Shown piece by piece: positions 1 through 19,563 of a DNA stretch of 64,000 nucleotides. This stretch comes from Trypanosoma brucei (lineage: Eukaryota), in contig CM000207.1 in assembly GCA_000002445.1 (NCBI GenBank), positions 1,920,001 to 1,984,000 on the forward strand, given 5' to 3'. Both the position numbers and the translations under genes were made by a program. Position 1 is the first letter of the stretch. Every line of letters starts with the position of its first letter. Below the pieces are notes generated by a model. That model worked only from the letters and a program-made list of their open reading frames with translations, had not been told where the DNA came from and ran no database searches.

Positions 1-650
1 CATGATGATCCATGTATTCACCATATCGACACTGAGTCGGAAACTCCCCGTGACGCACAAGTGATTGTGCATGGAACCGCCCGCACACGCTGTAGGGCAC
101 TGACTACTTTGGTACGGGTGCCACATCTTCCTTACTTTACTTACCTCTATCCCCTCTCTTCATTTCCCTGTTGCAACCGTACATACCCTAAACACACGTA
201 CGCTACTATGATTACATCCATAATGCGTCAGGACACACGAGTGTGTACGTGACTGTTGGATTCGAACGCGACGCCGTAAGCAATATGATCACTCTCCCAT
301 CTTTCAATCACTTCATCTCTCACAAGATGTTTATTTTCACTTTTCCCCATCATCTCGCTACATTTGGATTTGAGGTGCGTGTTAGAGTCATTGTTGAATT
401 TTGGCTAATGTTTCGGTTAAGCATATGAACGTAAAAGTGGAATGTGTTATGTTCACCCGCTACCATGCTTTGTTCGCTACCTGTCGTGGCTCACCTATTT
501 GATGGTCCGTTGGGTTAGTATGACGAAGCTAGAGTCGTTGCTTATCGGTGTAATTTGGTTTTGTTGGCATACATTGGTGTAATTTTGTGAAGCTCGCCTC
601 CCTTAATCGCCACCCACGTTGATGTTATTGCGCTCATACACCTCTGGTAA

Positions 651-2333
<1,683 letters not shown>

Positions 2334-2460
2334 TATTCTGAGGTTATGTGTGCTTTGTGATTTGCGTAATGGACTAACAGGCTGAACGGTATATCTTTTT
2401 TCTAAATCATCTCGAAGATTCTGTTTGTTTTTAAGAGGATTATCTTGGGACCTACCACGT

Positions 2461-2610
2461 TTTGTTATGTTTTCCCATTCCAATATTTTCCCTTTTTGTT
2501 CAACACTTTTTTATTGTTTCCTTCGGATTTGGTCACTATTGCTCCTTCTTTGTTGATATCCCTATGTTTTGTTGTTTTCGCCCCCCCCCCACACACACAC
2601 ACCACTAAGT
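2461..2610 (+). promoter_or_regulatory. A 150-nt polypyrimidine tract ending in C10(AC)n and followed by an AG at 2608-2609. It is a candidate trans-splicing/polyadenylation signal region in the GK spacer. It repeats at about 6040-6185, 9615-9765 and 13194-13345.
   Basis: Near-uninterrupted T/C run read directly in the sequence. Kinetoplastid mRNA processing uses polyY tracts upstream of AG splice-leader acceptor sites. Confidence 0.5.
2581..2603 (+). repeat. C10(AC)5 microsatellite in unit 1. The homologous tract differs in each unit: C10-T-C(AC)4 at 6159-6178, C11(AC)6 at 9734-9756, C10(AC)7 at 13313-13336.
   Basis: Direct comparison of the four copies. Confidence 0.8.
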
Positions 2611-4228
2611 ACGGTTGCCTTCTATATCAACCACGTTCCGGTCATATGACCTCGTGGAATATCACTTCTGTTTCGTGTCCTTGAAGCATCAGAAGTGGCT
2701 GCGGTTTCTGTTTGTAGGGAGTCGGCTTTTTGACTTGGTTCATTCCGTCGAGGTTTGACACGGGGGATGGCACCAACTGTATTTGCTGTGGGGTTTATAC
2801 TTGGCGCGGTTTCGCACACGCGGATGCCGTGAAAAGGAATGCCACGGCAATAAGTAACACTCAAGACGAATATTGATTTTTTTTTATTTTTCCTTTTTCT
2901 CTCTTTTTTAATGTGTGCCGAAATAATAACAATAACACCAACGGGCCATGATTTGGCTGAATTGGAGGAGTGGAAAAGAAGAATGCATTCACTTTGTGGT
3001 GAAGTGTGATCCTCCATCACTTTCACTTCCTTGAGATCTTCCTGTGCTAATCTTGGCTGGGATACTAAGATATCTGCTGCTGTCACAGTTTTTCTCAATA
3101 CCCTAACTCCATCTCCCACCTTGTAGTAGCGTTAAAGAAAATAATAATATCTAATCAATTTTGTCTGTAAGGTTGCCTGTGTACCTCATGCGTCTCTTTG
3201 TGGTGTTGTGGGGAATGAAGGCGACCGAGATACTAATGTGACGGACCTCGTCGGCTTGCTTTACTGTATACGCAGGATCGTGATGATATTAACCCTGCTC
3301 CGCTACTGAGTGTTGAAGCATGAAACGATATCCTTCAGGGCTACTGATGCCTGCGTGGGCAGTGTATGGGGTGTGACTTCCCTTTCATTAACTTCTCTTG
3401 TACATGCGTTGAAGCACAATCACACATATAAACGTATGCAACCTGGCGAGTGTAGGCCCGCCAGCTACCACGTGGAGTGTATACTCTCTATCTCTACGAC
3501 GGTCGTTCTACCGGGCCAAGAAACGGCGTCTGTTACTCAACAGTGGTTTCATTCATATGTTGTGTGACGTAGTGGCCACATGATGATCCATGTATTCACC
3601 ATATCGACACTGAGTCGGAAACTCCCCGTGACGCACAAGTGATTGTGCATGGAACCGCCCGCACACGCTGTAGGGCACTGACTACTTTGGTACGGGTGCC
3701 ACATCTTCCTTACTTTACTTACCTCTATCCCCCCTCTTCATTTCCCTGTTGCAACCGTACATACCCTAAACACACGTACACTACTATGATTACATCCATA
3801 ATGCGTCAGGACACACGAGTGTGTACGTGACTGTTGGATTCTAACGCGACGCCGTAAGCAATATGATCACTCTCCCATCTTTCAATCACTTCATCTCTCA
3901 CAAGATGTTTATTTTCACTTTTCCCCATCATCTCGCTACATTTGGATTTGAGGTGCGTGTTAGAGTCATTGTTGAATTTTGGCTAATGTTTCGGTTAAGC
4001 ATATGAACGTAAAAGTGGAATGTGTTATGTTCACCCGCTACCATGCTTTGTTCGCTACCTGTCGTGGCTCACCTATTTGATGGTCCGTTGGGTTAGTATG
4101 ACGAAGCTAGAGTCGTTGCTTATCGGTGTAATTTGGTTTTATTGGCATACATTGGTGTAATTTTGTGAAGCTCACCTCCCTTAATCGCCACCCACGTTGG
4201 TGTTATTGCGCTCATACACCTCTGGTAA

Positions 4229-5911
<1,683 letters not shown>

Positions 5912-7803
5912 TATTCTGAGGTTATGTGTGCTTTGTGATTTGCGTAATGGACTAACAGGCTGAACGGTATATCTTTTTTCTAAATCATCTCGAAGATTCT
6001 GTTTGTTTTTAAGAGGATTATCTTGGGACCTACCACGTTTTGTTATGTTTTCCCATTCCAATATTTTCCCTTTTTGTTCAACACTTTTTTATTGTTTCCT
6101 TCGGATTTGGTCACTATTGCTCCTTCTTTGTTGATATCCCTATGTTTTGTTGTTTTCGCCCCCCCCCCTCACACACACCACTAAGTACGGTTGCCTTCTA
6201 TATCAACCACGTTCCGGTCATATGACCTCGTGGAATATCACTTCTGTTTCGTGTCCTTGAAGCATCAGAAGTGGCTGCGGTTTCTGTTTGTAGGGAGTCG
6301 GATTTTTGACTTGGTTCATTCCATCTAGGTTTGACACGGGGGATGGCACCAACTGTATTTGCTGTGGGGTTTATACTTGGCGCGGTTTCGCACACGCGGA
6401 TGCCGTGAAAAGGAATGCCACGGCAATAAGTAACACTCAAAACGAATATTGATTTTTTTTATTTTTCCTTTTTCTCTCTTTTTTAATGTGTGCCGAAATA
6501 ATAACAATAACACCAACGGGCCATGATTTGGCTGAATTGGAGGAGTGGAAAAGAAGAATGCATTCACTTTGTGGTGAAGTGTGATCCTCCATCACTTTCA
6601 CTTCCTTGAGATCTTCCTGTGCTAATCTTGGCTGGGATACTAAGATATCTGCTGCTGTCACAGTTTTTCTCAATACCCTAACTCCATCTCCCACCTTGTA
6701 GTAGCGTTAAAGAAAATAATAATATCTAATCAATTTTGTCTGTAAGGTTGCCTGTGTACCTCATGCGTCTCTTTGTGGTGTTGTGGGGAATGAAGGCGAC
6801 CGAGATACTAATGTGATGGACCTCGTCGGCTTGCTTTACTGTATACGCGGGATCGTGATGATATTAACCCTGCTCCGCTACTGAGTGTTGAAGCATGAAA
6901 CGATATCCTTCAGGGCTACTGATGCCTGCGTGGGCAGTGTATGGGGTGTGACTTTCCTTTCATTAACTTCTCTTGTACATGCGTTGAAGCACAATCGCAC
7001 ATATAAACGTATGCAACCTGGCGAGTGTAGGCCCGCCAGCTACCACGTGGAGTGTATACTCTCTATCTCTACGACGGTCGTTCTACCGGGCCAAGAAGCG
7101 GCGTCTGTTACTCAACAGTGGTTTCATTCATATGTTGTGTGACGTAGTGGCCACATGATGATCCATGTATTCACCATATCGACACTGAGTCGGAAACTCC
7201 CCGTGACGCACAAGTGATTGTGCATGGAACCGCCCGCACACGCTGTAGGGCACTGACTACTTTGGTACGGGTGCCACATCTTCCTTACTTTACTTACCTC
7301 TATCCCCCCTCTTCATTTCCCTGTTGCAACCGTACATACCCTAAACACACGTACGCTACTATGATTACATCCATAATGCGTCAGGACACACGAGTGTGTA
7401 CGTGACTGTTGGATTCTAACGCGACGCCGTAAGCAATATGATCACTCTCCCATCTTTCAATCACTTCATCTCTCACAAGATGTTTATTTTCACTTTCCCC
7501 CATCATCTCGCTACATTTGGATTTGAGGTGCGTGTTAGAGTCATTGTTGAATTTTGGCTAATGTTTCGGTTAAGCATATGAACGTAAAAGTGGAATGTGT
7601 TATGTTCACCCGCTACCATGCTTTGTTCGCTACCTGTCGTGGCTCACCTATTTGATGGTCCGTTGGGTTAGTATGACGAAGCTAGAGTCGTTGCTTATCG
7701 GTGTAATTTGGTTTTATTGGCATACATTGGTGTAATTTTGTGAAGCTCGCCTCCCTTAATCGCCACCCACGTTGATGTTATTGCGCTCATACACCTCTGG
7801 TAA

Positions 7804-9486
<1,683 letters not shown>

Positions 9487-11382
9487 TATTCTGAGGTTAT
9501 GTGTGCTTTGTGATTTGCGTAATGGACTAACAGGCTGAACGGTATATCTTTTTTCTAAATCATCTCGAAGATTCTGTTTGTTTTTAAGAGGATTATCTTG
9601 GGACCTACCACGTTTTGTTATGTTTTCCCATTCCAATATTTTCCCTTTTTGTTCAACACTTTTTTATTGTTTCCTTCGGATTTGGTCACTATTGCTCCTT
9701 CTTTGTTGATATCCCTATGTTTTGTTGTTTTCGCCCCCCCCCCCACACACACACACCACTAAGTACGGTTGCCTTCTATATCAACCACGTTCCGGTCATA
9801 TGACCTCGTGGAATATCACTTCTGTTTCGTGTCCTTGAAGCATCAGAAGTGGCTGCGGTTTCTGTTTGTAGGGAGTCGGATTTTTGACTTGGTTCATTCC
9901 GTCTAGGTTTGACACGGGGGATGGCACCAACTGTATTTGCTGTGGGGTTTATACTTGGCGCGGTTTCGCACACGCGGATGCCGTGAAAAGGAATGCCACG
10001 GCAATAAGTAACACTCAAAACGAATATTGATTTTTTTTTATTTTTCCTTTTTCTCTCTTTTTTAATGTGTGCCGAAATAATAACAATAACACCAACGGGC
10101 CATGATTTGGCTGAATTGGAGGAGTGGAAAAGAAGAATGCATTCACTTTGTGGTGAAGTGTGATCCTCCATCACTTTCACTTCCTTGAGATCTTCCTGTG
10201 CTAATCTTGGCTGGGATACTAAGATATCTGCTGCTGTCACAGTTTTTCTCAATACCCTAACTCCATCTCCCACCTTGTAGTAGCGTTAAAGAAAATAATA
10301 ATATCTAATCAATTTTGTCTGTAAGGTTGCCTGTGTACCTCATGCGTCTCTTTGTGGTGTTGTGGGGAATGAAGGCGACCGAGATACTAATGTGATGGAC
10401 CTCGTCGGCTTGCTTTACTGTATACGCAGGATCGTGATGATATTAACCCTGCTCCGCTACTGAGTGTTGAAGCATGAAACGATATCCTTCAGGGCTACTG
10501 ATGCCTGCGTGGGCAGTGTATGGGGTGTGACTTTCCTTTCATTAACTTCTCTTGTACATGCGTTGAAGCACAATCACACATATAAACGTATGCAACCTGG
10601 CGAGTGTAGGCCCGCCAGCTACCACGTGGAGTGTATACTCTCTATCTCTACGACGGTCGTTCTACCGGGCCAAGAAGCGGCGTCTGTTACTCAACAGTGG
10701 TTTCATTCATATGTTGTGTGACGTAGTGGCCACATGATGATCCATGTATTCACCATATCGACACTGAGTCGGAAACTCCCCGTGACGCACAAGTGATTGT
10801 GCATGGAACCGCCCGCACACGCTGTAGGGCACTGACTACTTTGGTACGGGTGCCACATCTTCCTTACTTTACTTACCTCTATCCCCCCTCTTCATTTCCC
10901 TGTTGCAACCGTACATACCCTAAACACACGTACGCTACTATGATTACATCCATAATGCGTCAGGACACACGAGTGTGTACGTGACTGTTGGATTCTAACG
11001 CGACGCCGTAAGCAATATGATCACTCTCCCATCTTTCAATCACTTCATCTCTCACAAGATGTTTATTTTCTCTTTCCCCCATCACCTCGCTACATTTGGA
11101 TTTGAGGTGCGTGTTAGAGTCATTGTTGAATTTTGGCTAATGTTTCGGTTAAGCATATGAACGTAAAAGTGGAATGTGTTATGTTCACCCGCTACCATGC
11201 TTTGTTCGCTACCTGTCGTGGCTCACCTATTTGATGGTCCGTTGGGTTAGTATGACGAAGCTAGAGTCGTTGCTTATCGGTGTAATTTGGTTTTATTGGC
11301 ATACATTGGTGTAATTTTGTGAAGCTCGCCTCCCTTAATCGCCACCCACGTTGATGTTATTGCGCTCATACACCTCTGGTAA

Positions 11383-13065
<1,683 letters not shown>

Positions 13066-15066
13066 TATTCTGAGGTTATGTGTGCTTTGTGATTTGCGTA
13101 ATGGACTAACAGGCTGAACGGTATATCTTTTTTCTAAATCATCTCGAAGATTCTGTTTGTTTTTAAGAGGATTATCTTGGGACCTACCACGTTTTGTTAT
13201 GTTTTCCCATTCCAATATTTTCCCTTTTTGTTCAACACTTTTTTATTGTTTCCTTCGGATTTGGTCACTATTGCTCCTTCTTTGTTGATATCCCTATGTT
13301 TTGTTGTTTTCGCCCCCCCCCCACACACACACACACCACTAAGTACGGTTGCCTTCTATATCAACCACGTTCCGGTCATATGACCTCGTGGAATATCACT
13401 TCTGTTTCGTGTCCTTGAAGCATCAGAAGTGGCTGCGGTTTCTGTTTGTAGGGAGTCGGATTTTTGACTTGGTTCATTCCATCTAGGTTTGACACGGGGG
13501 ATGGCACCAACTGTATTTGCTGTGGGGTTTATACTTGGCGCGGTTTCGCACACGCGGATGCCGTGAAAAGGAATGCAACGGCAATAAGTAACACTCAAAA
13601 CGAATATTGATTTTTTTTTATTTTTCCTTTTTCTCTCTTTTTTAATGTGTGCCGAAATAATAACAATAACACCAACGGGCCATGATTTGGCTGAATTGGA
13701 GGAGTGGAAAAGAAGAATGCATTCACTTTGTGGTGAAGTGTGATCCTCCATCACTTTCACTTCCTTGAGATCTTCCTGTGCTAATCTTGGCTGGGATACT
13801 AAGATATCTGCTGCTGTCACAGTTTTTCTCAATACCCTAACTCCATCTCCCACCTTGTAGTAGCGTTAAAGAAAATAATAATATCTAATCAATTTTGTCT
13901 GTAAGGTTGCCTGTGTACCTCATGCGTCTCTTTGTGGTGTTGTGGGGAATGAAGGCGACCGAGATACTAATGTGATGGACCTCGTCGGCTTGCTTTACTG
14001 TATACGCGGGATCGTGATGATATTAACCCTGCTCCGCTACTGAGTGTTGAAGCATGAAACGATATCCTTCAGGGCTACTGATGCCTGCGTGGGCAGTGTA
14101 TGGGGTGTGACTTTCCTTTCATTAACTTCTCTTGTACATGCGTTGAAGCACAATCACACATATAAACGTATGCAACCTGGCGAGTGTAGGCCCGCCAGCT
14201 ACCACGTGGAGTGTATACTCTCTATCTCTACGACGGTCGTTCTGCCGGGCCAAGAAGCGGCGTCTGTTACTCAACAGTGGTTTCATTCATATGTTGTGTG
14301 ACGTAGTGGCCACATGATGATCCATGTATTCACCATATCGACACTGAGTCGGAAACTCCCCGTGACGCACAAGTGATTGTGCATGGAACCGCCCGCACAC
14401 GCTGTAGGGCACTGACTACTTTGGTACGGGTGCCACATCTTCCTTACTTTACTTACCTCTATCCCCCCTCTTCATTTCCCTGTTGCAACCGTACATACCC
14501 TAAACACACGTACACTACTATGATTACATCCATAATGCGTCAGGACACACGAGTGTGTACGTGACTGTTGGATTCTAACGCGACGCCGTAAGCAATATGA
14601 TCACTCTCCCATCTTTCAATCACTTCATCTCTCACAAGATGTTTATTTTCTCTTTCCCCCATCACCTCGCTACATTTGGATTTGAGGTGCGTGTTAGAGT
14701 CATTGTTGAATTTTGGCTAATGTTTCGGTTAAGCATATGAACGTAAAAGTGGAATGTGTTATGTTCACCCGCTACCATGCTTTGTTCGCTACCTGTCGTG
14801 GCTCACCTATTTGATGGTCCGTTGGGTTAGTATGACGAAGCTAGAGTCGTTGCTTATCGGTGTAATTTGGTTTTATTGGCATACATTGGTGTAATTTTGT
14901 GAAGCTCGCCTCCCTTAATCGCCACCCACGTTGATGTTATTGCGCTCATACACCTCTGGTAATGCAATCCTCGTCTTCATGTGTTTTCACTGCATTTATA
15001 TCTACGTCCGCGTCATAATCTGCAATGCCGACCTGTAGGAGAGTTAGCCACTAAGTTTATTATTAT

Positions 15067-15147
15067 TTAATATTTTTGGCGTAATTTTTTTTGTATTTTA
15101 ATTTTCGTTTTTTAACTTTTCTTCTTAACTCTTTTCTTTTGGTTCAG
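15067..15147 (+). promoter_or_regulatory. T-rich polypyrimidine tract ending in AG (15146-15147), immediately downstream of the array breakpoint. Candidate SL acceptor region for the E1 gene.
   Basis: 81 nt that are more than 85% pyrimidine/T, then ..ggttcAG. Confidence 0.45.
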
Positions 15148-15291
15148 CCTCGCATGCCAAAACATCAACGGGATCGCTTTTCCAATTGTCCTGCATTTTG
15201 TTCGCATACTAGTAATAAGCTTTTTCGAACAGAGTTAACCCATTATTCCTCCGATACTACAAGAAACGTTAATATAAACGGATTTACCAAA

Positions 15292-18200
15292 ATGAGTAAG
15301 ATGGCTGGTGCTACGGCCGATTCAAGTGATGCTTCTTCAGCCATTGATTCCAAGTTTCTTGATCAGCAGAGTCGGACGATTGGCACTTATGGTTTGGAGA
15401 CAATGGCAAAACTAATATCTTTCAAGGTTCTTGTTGTTGGGTGCGGAGGAGTCGGTATAGAGACTGCGAAAAACCTTGCGCTTGCTGGCGTACACACTAT
15501 TACTCTTTGTGATCCAAAGAAAGCTGAATTGAAGGATATGGGGGTTAACTTTGCCGTCACAGAAACAACAATAAAGGCTGGTTTGACTCGGGCGGAAGCT
15601 TCAAAGAGGTTGGTTGCGGAGCTAAACCCGAATGTACGCGTACGGACAGTCGATGCTATTGATGAAGCTGTAGTCAGTGAGGTGAACTGTGTTGTATATA
15701 CTTCTGCAGCGGCGGATTGGTCTTCGAAAACACTGTTGAAGTGGGACCAGTTTTGTCGGACGAGAACACCCGCTATATCATTTATTTTTGCTTTCCAGGG
15801 TGGTTCACTTGCTTCCGTTTTTGCTGATCATGCCCCCAACTTCACTGTTAAGGATGCTGATGGAAGGCCAATGCTGCAAAAATTGATAGTGGAGGTTCTC
15901 ACAAAGCGCGACAAGAGTGGAGTGGAGTACACACGCGTGCGCTACGAAACACCAGAGGGTCAAACACCCGGAGCTTTCCGTGATTACACGGAAGTTAAGT
16001 TTAGTGAAGTTAAGGGACTTTGTAAGGCAAATGGAGAAAGTATTAATGGTAATGTTTTCAAGGGCGTGGTGTGCACTGGTGATCCCCCAAACACCGTGCG
16101 AATATATCCCTCACTGGAAAGCCAAGGTTATTCTGCTTACGAAACTGCGGGCTTCCTTCACGAGATGAAGGAAAGCCAGCAATTGAAGTTCCGGGCACTC
16201 TCAGAAGCCCTTTCGTGCCCGGGTCAATTTGTACCTGTTAGCTCCATGATGGATGGGTCGGAGGAATCTCAATCTCACCTGACTTTTACCGCATTATTGA
16301 GATTTTTTGACAAACACGGTCGGCTACCCGAACTTCATAATCTATCTGAGGCGAATGAAGTAGTTTCACTCGCCAAAGCTGTCAACGAGGAGAACAAAGC
16401 TGCCGATGCGAAGCTCGAGAAGGTGGATCACCCTATGTTTTTGCAGCACGAAAACAAGGAATTTCCTTCTCGCCTTGCACCACCTCCACCACCAACTCCT
16501 CTTTGCGTTGAAACTCTCGATGAGGGGTTTGTTTGCTCGCAGGCGCTTGTGTCTGCTGCAGAACTTCAACCTCTTTGCGCCGTATGGGGAGCCGTTCTTG
16601 CACAAGAGATTGTGAAGATTACAGGTAAATATACACCAATTTGTCAGTGGCTTCATGTTGGCTACTCTTCGATCCTCGCTAGCAACGCTTCTTACACGAA
16701 ATCTCCCCAAGAGTATAAGGTTGTTGACCATCGCTACAAGCATCTGATATCACTGTTCGGAAAAACGTTTGTTGAAAAATTAAACAATCTGAAACTTTTT
16801 ATGGTTGGCTGCGGTGCTCTCGGATGTGAGAACATTAAGAACTTTGCTCTTTGTGGAATGAGCTGCGGCCCCCGTGGCTCATTCGTTGTTACAGACAACG
16901 ACCGGATCGAAGTATCCAACCTAAGTCGCCAGTTTCTTTTCCGTGAGGAAAACGTCGGCCAACCGAAATCAGCCGTGGCTGTGTCGCGAATGAAGAGTAT
17001 AAACAAGGATGTGAAAGCTGATGCCCGGCAGGATTACGTGGGAAGCAACACGGAACATATTTACCATGATGTGTTCTGGAATGGGTTGGACGCGGTCGTT
17101 AACGCTCTTGACAACATGGAAACTCGACTCTATGTTGACCAGAAGTGCGTGAACTTCCACAAAATCCTTGTGGAAGCAGGAACGATGGGAACTGGCGGAA
17201 ACGTTGATATCGTTGTTCCTGGTAAAACCACGTCGTACTCAGATGGTGGTGCCGCGGATACAACCGGTGGTATTCCCATGTGCACGTTGCGCAATTTCCC
17301 GTACACCTCCGACCACTGCACTGAATGGGCGCGGGCGCAGTTCGATGACCTTTTTGTTTCCCCAATGCAAACAGTGAGACAACTGTTGGAAAACCCAGCA
17401 GCGTTCACTGAACGCATAAAGAATGAGGTAAACAATGCTCAGAGCGCAGGTGAACGACTCAGTTTGGTTGAGAAAAACCTTGGCATTCTTCAAGGCATAC
17501 AGAAAACGGTAACAACTCTATCTGCGGGCGTTTCCATGGAAAAATGCGTGCAGTGTGCGTGGGAGACAATGTTTCATCTCTTCCGTGACCGCATTCTTGA
17601 CCTACAGCGTTCTTTCCCGAAGGATGCCAAGAAGAAAAATGGTGAAAAGTTTTGGTCTGGACACCGCAAGTACCCAACCCCACTCGAGGTCAACATAAAA
17701 GCCCTGTCATCTGACCCTGACGTTGTGGAGTTTCTCATTTCTGCTGCAAACCTGTTTGCATGCATGTACGGTATTCATCCTCAAAAGCATGAGCCTCGGC
17801 TGAATGACCCCAAAAAGCGCTGGATGCAGCAATATCGCACGCTGGATTGGCTTAATGGCGTTATGAAAAACTGCACGGTACCAGAATACAAACCTGGCTC
17901 TGTTGAGGGACTTGATGACGACCTTCTTCAATCTATGGAAAAGCAAGAGGTTTCCAAAGACGAAACGACAAAGGAGCAAACTCTGAATAACCTCCTGAGT
18001 AGTGTTGTGGCATTGGCTCAGAAGTGTCATAACATGAATACCGTACCATTGGACTTCGAAAAAGATGATGATGATAACTTTCACATTGACTTCGTTGCCG
18101 CAACGAGCAACCTCCGAGCCCGCAACTATGACATCCCTACGCAAGACCGATTCAAGGTGAAGCTTGTAGCTGGAAAAATTATACCCGCCATCGCAACCAC

Positions 18201-18798
18201 AACGGCTGCAGTCACTGGACTTGCCCTCATCGAGTACTTCAAGGCTTTGTTGAGCAACGATGTCTCCTGCCTCCGCAATGGCATGCTTGATATTGGTACA
18301 AATAACTACGTTTTGTTTGAGCGTGATGCCCCACTTAAACATCGTACCCGTGTTGATAAAACCTACTTACCTGAGCAAGACTACACGTACAAGAAGAAGG
18401 TTATTTGTCTCCCTGAAGGATACACCAAGTATGACATGATTGAAGTGCCCATTACGAAGGCGACTACCGTTCAACAGTTTGCTACAGAACTTGAAAAGAA
18501 ACTTAATACCCTCCTCCCAACTGGGATGAATGCGGGCTGTGAGGTAAGCGCAATTGGTGTCGGTAAAGGAAGTTTGTGGAATGGACTGCCAAAGCACGCT
18601 AACACCAACTGCTCTTTGATGGACATCATCGAGAAGCAAAAACTCTCTGAAGCGGGTGGGAAACTCCCGCGACCCTTCTGGGAGAATCGCACACATTTTC
18701 ACGACTTATCCGTTACTGTGTCTATTGATGATGACGATGCCAATGTCGATGAGGTTGATGTTGAAACCGCTACAATACTTTTGCGCATCCAACAATAA
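15292..18798 (+). CDS. UBA1: Ubiquitin-activating enzyme E1 (UBA1-like), 1168 aa from ATG 15292. An alternative in-frame ATG lies at 15154; the ORF track start at 15091 is TTG.
   Basis: Two ThiF/MoeB nucleotide-binding repeats (VLVVGCGGVGIETAKNLALAGV and LFMVGCGALGCENIKNFALCGM). Catalytic-cysteine motif PMCTLRNFPY. Overall size and order match eukaryotic UBA1. Confidence 0.88.
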   Translation: MSKMAGATADSSDASSAIDSKFLDQQSRTIGTYGLETMAKLISFKVLVVGCGGVGIETAKNLALAGVHTITLCDPKKAELKDMGVNFAVTETTIKAGLTRAEASKRLVAELNPNVRVRTVDAIDEAVVSEVNCVVYTSAAADWSSKTLLKWDQFCRTRTPAISFIFAFQGGSLASVFADHAPNFTVKDADGRPMLQKLIVEVLTKRDKSGVEYTRVRYETPEGQTPGAFRDYTEVKFSEVKGLCKANGESINGNVFKGVVCTGDPPNTVRIYPSLESQGYSAYETAGFLHEMKESQQLKFRALSEALSCPGQFVPVSSMMDGSEESQSHLTFTALLRFFDKHGRLPELHNLSEANEVVSLAKAVNEENKAADAKLEKVDHPMFLQHENKEFPSRLAPPPPPTPLCVETLDEGFVCSQALVSAAELQPLCAVWGAVLAQEIVKITGKYTPICQWLHVGYSSILASNASYTKSPQEYKVVDHRYKHLISLFGKTFVEKLNNLKLFMVGCGALGCENIKNFALCGMSCGPRGSFVVTDNDRIEVSNLSRQFLFREENVGQPKSAVAVSRMKSINKDVKADARQDYVGSNTEHIYHDVFWNGLDAVVNALDNMETRLYVDQKCVNFHKILVEAGTMGTGGNVDIVVPGKTTSYSDGGAADTTGGIPMCTLRNFPYTSDHCTEWARAQFDDLFVSPMQTVRQLLENPAAFTERIKNEVNNAQSAGERLSLVEKNLGILQGIQKTVTTLSAGVSMEKCVQCAWETMFHLFRDRILDLQRSFPKDAKKKNGEKFWSGHRKYPTPLEVNIKALSSDPDVVEFLISAANLFACMYGIHPQKHEPRLNDPKKRWMQQYRTLDWLNGVMKNCTVPEYKPGSVEGLDDDLLQSMEKQEVSKDETTKEQTLNNLLSSVVALAQKCHNMNTVPLDFEKDDDDNFHIDFVAATSNLRARNYDIPTQDRFKVKLVAGKIIPAIATTTAAVTGLALIEYFKALLSNDVSCLRNGMLDIGTNNYVLFERDAPLKHRTRVDKTYLPEQDYTYKKKVICLPEGYTKYDMIEVPITKATTVQQFATELEKKLNTLLPTGMNAGCEVSAIGVGKGSLWNGLPKHANTNCSLMDIIEKQKLSEAGGKLPRPFWENRTHFHDLSVTVSIDDDDANVDEVDVETATILLRIQQ

Positions 18799-19459
18799 AG
18801 CTTCATATTGAATGGCGGAAAGCGGAGAAGGCACTTGGGTGAAGGAGGAAACGCAGTTACAAGGGAAAGAAGAGAGAAATTATGATGTGGAAAATGGAAT
18901 AAGGAAGAGAAAAAAAAGACCAAGGGGAGGGAGAGAGTATGAGTGAAGGCATGATATGAGTCTGATGAATCCTCACACAAATATACACATCCCAACTAAA
19001 CAAATTTTAGTTTTCAGTTGATGTTTTGCTCCCTTTTTGTGTTGCTTTTTTTCTGTAGTTGCTGTTGCTCGTGTTTGACATAATTATTGAAGCACTTAAT
19101 GAAAAAAAAAGAGGGGAGGGAGCTGAAGGTGCTGTGCATTAAACATAAGGTCAGGTTTTTTAAAAGAAAAAAAAGACGTAGAAGAAGGAAATGCTTTTCG
19201 TGTATTTGTGTGCTTCAGCACGTGGTGGGGGAGGAATTGGACGCGACCACATACAAAGGTAAAAGTGAAACATGTGAGGGGCGAATGAATTTTGCAAAAT
19301 GATGATGGTCCCTACTGCTCACGTAAGTAAAGGGGGTTTCGTCCACCCTTCTTTTTCATTCTTTTTTTAAAAATGTTGTTAGCAGTGGGGCGTTTTATTT
19401 TTCGTTTCTCGTTTCTCTTTCACTTTGGATGAGATTATGTATGTAATATGCGTTTGTGT

Positions 19460-19563
19460 TTGTACTATCTATCTTTTTGTTCTGTTCCTGTTTCCTTTCC
19501 CTTCCCTTCCTTTATACTATTACTGCTGTTTGTGGTTCTTCTTATTGATTTCACTCCCACTAG
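19460..19563 (+). promoter_or_regulatory. Polypyrimidine tract plus AG, about 285 nt upstream of the RBBP6-like ATG
   Basis: ctttttgttctgttcctgtttcctttcccttcccttcctttatactattactgctgtttgtggttcttcttattgatttcactcccactAG. Confidence 0.4.

Noticed and set aside
243-270. ggattcgaacgc resembling the complement of a tRNA T-loop (GTTCGAATCC)
   Set aside because: The flanking bases cannot form a T-stem. The other four units read ggattctaacgc. No acceptor or anticodon arms are evident.
2622-3119. Conserved 165-aa minus-strand ORF in every GK spacer (also 9776-10273 and 13356-13853)
   Set aside because: In unit 2 the same sequence is split into two ORFs (6198-6440, 6437-6694) by a homopolymer-length frameshift. 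Copies differ by several nonsynonymous changes (RRNEPSQKADS/RWNEPSQKSDS, CRGIP/CRCIP), whereas the 512-aa GK has only two. This is not the pattern of a protein under selection. The ORF is probably conserved only because the spacer is copied with the array.
3310-3567. 85-aa + strand ORF repeated in each spacer, and 63-aa ORFs at 61/3639/7214/10793/14373
   Set aside because: Three amino-acid differences within 85 aa between units. No recognisable motif. Composition is typical of untranslated sequence. Kept only as a candidate for the spacer-transcript question.
16366-18702. Minus-strand ORFs up to 211 aa inside the E1 gene
   Set aside because: They lie entirely antisense to a strongly supported 1168-aa CDS. 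This is a common artefact.
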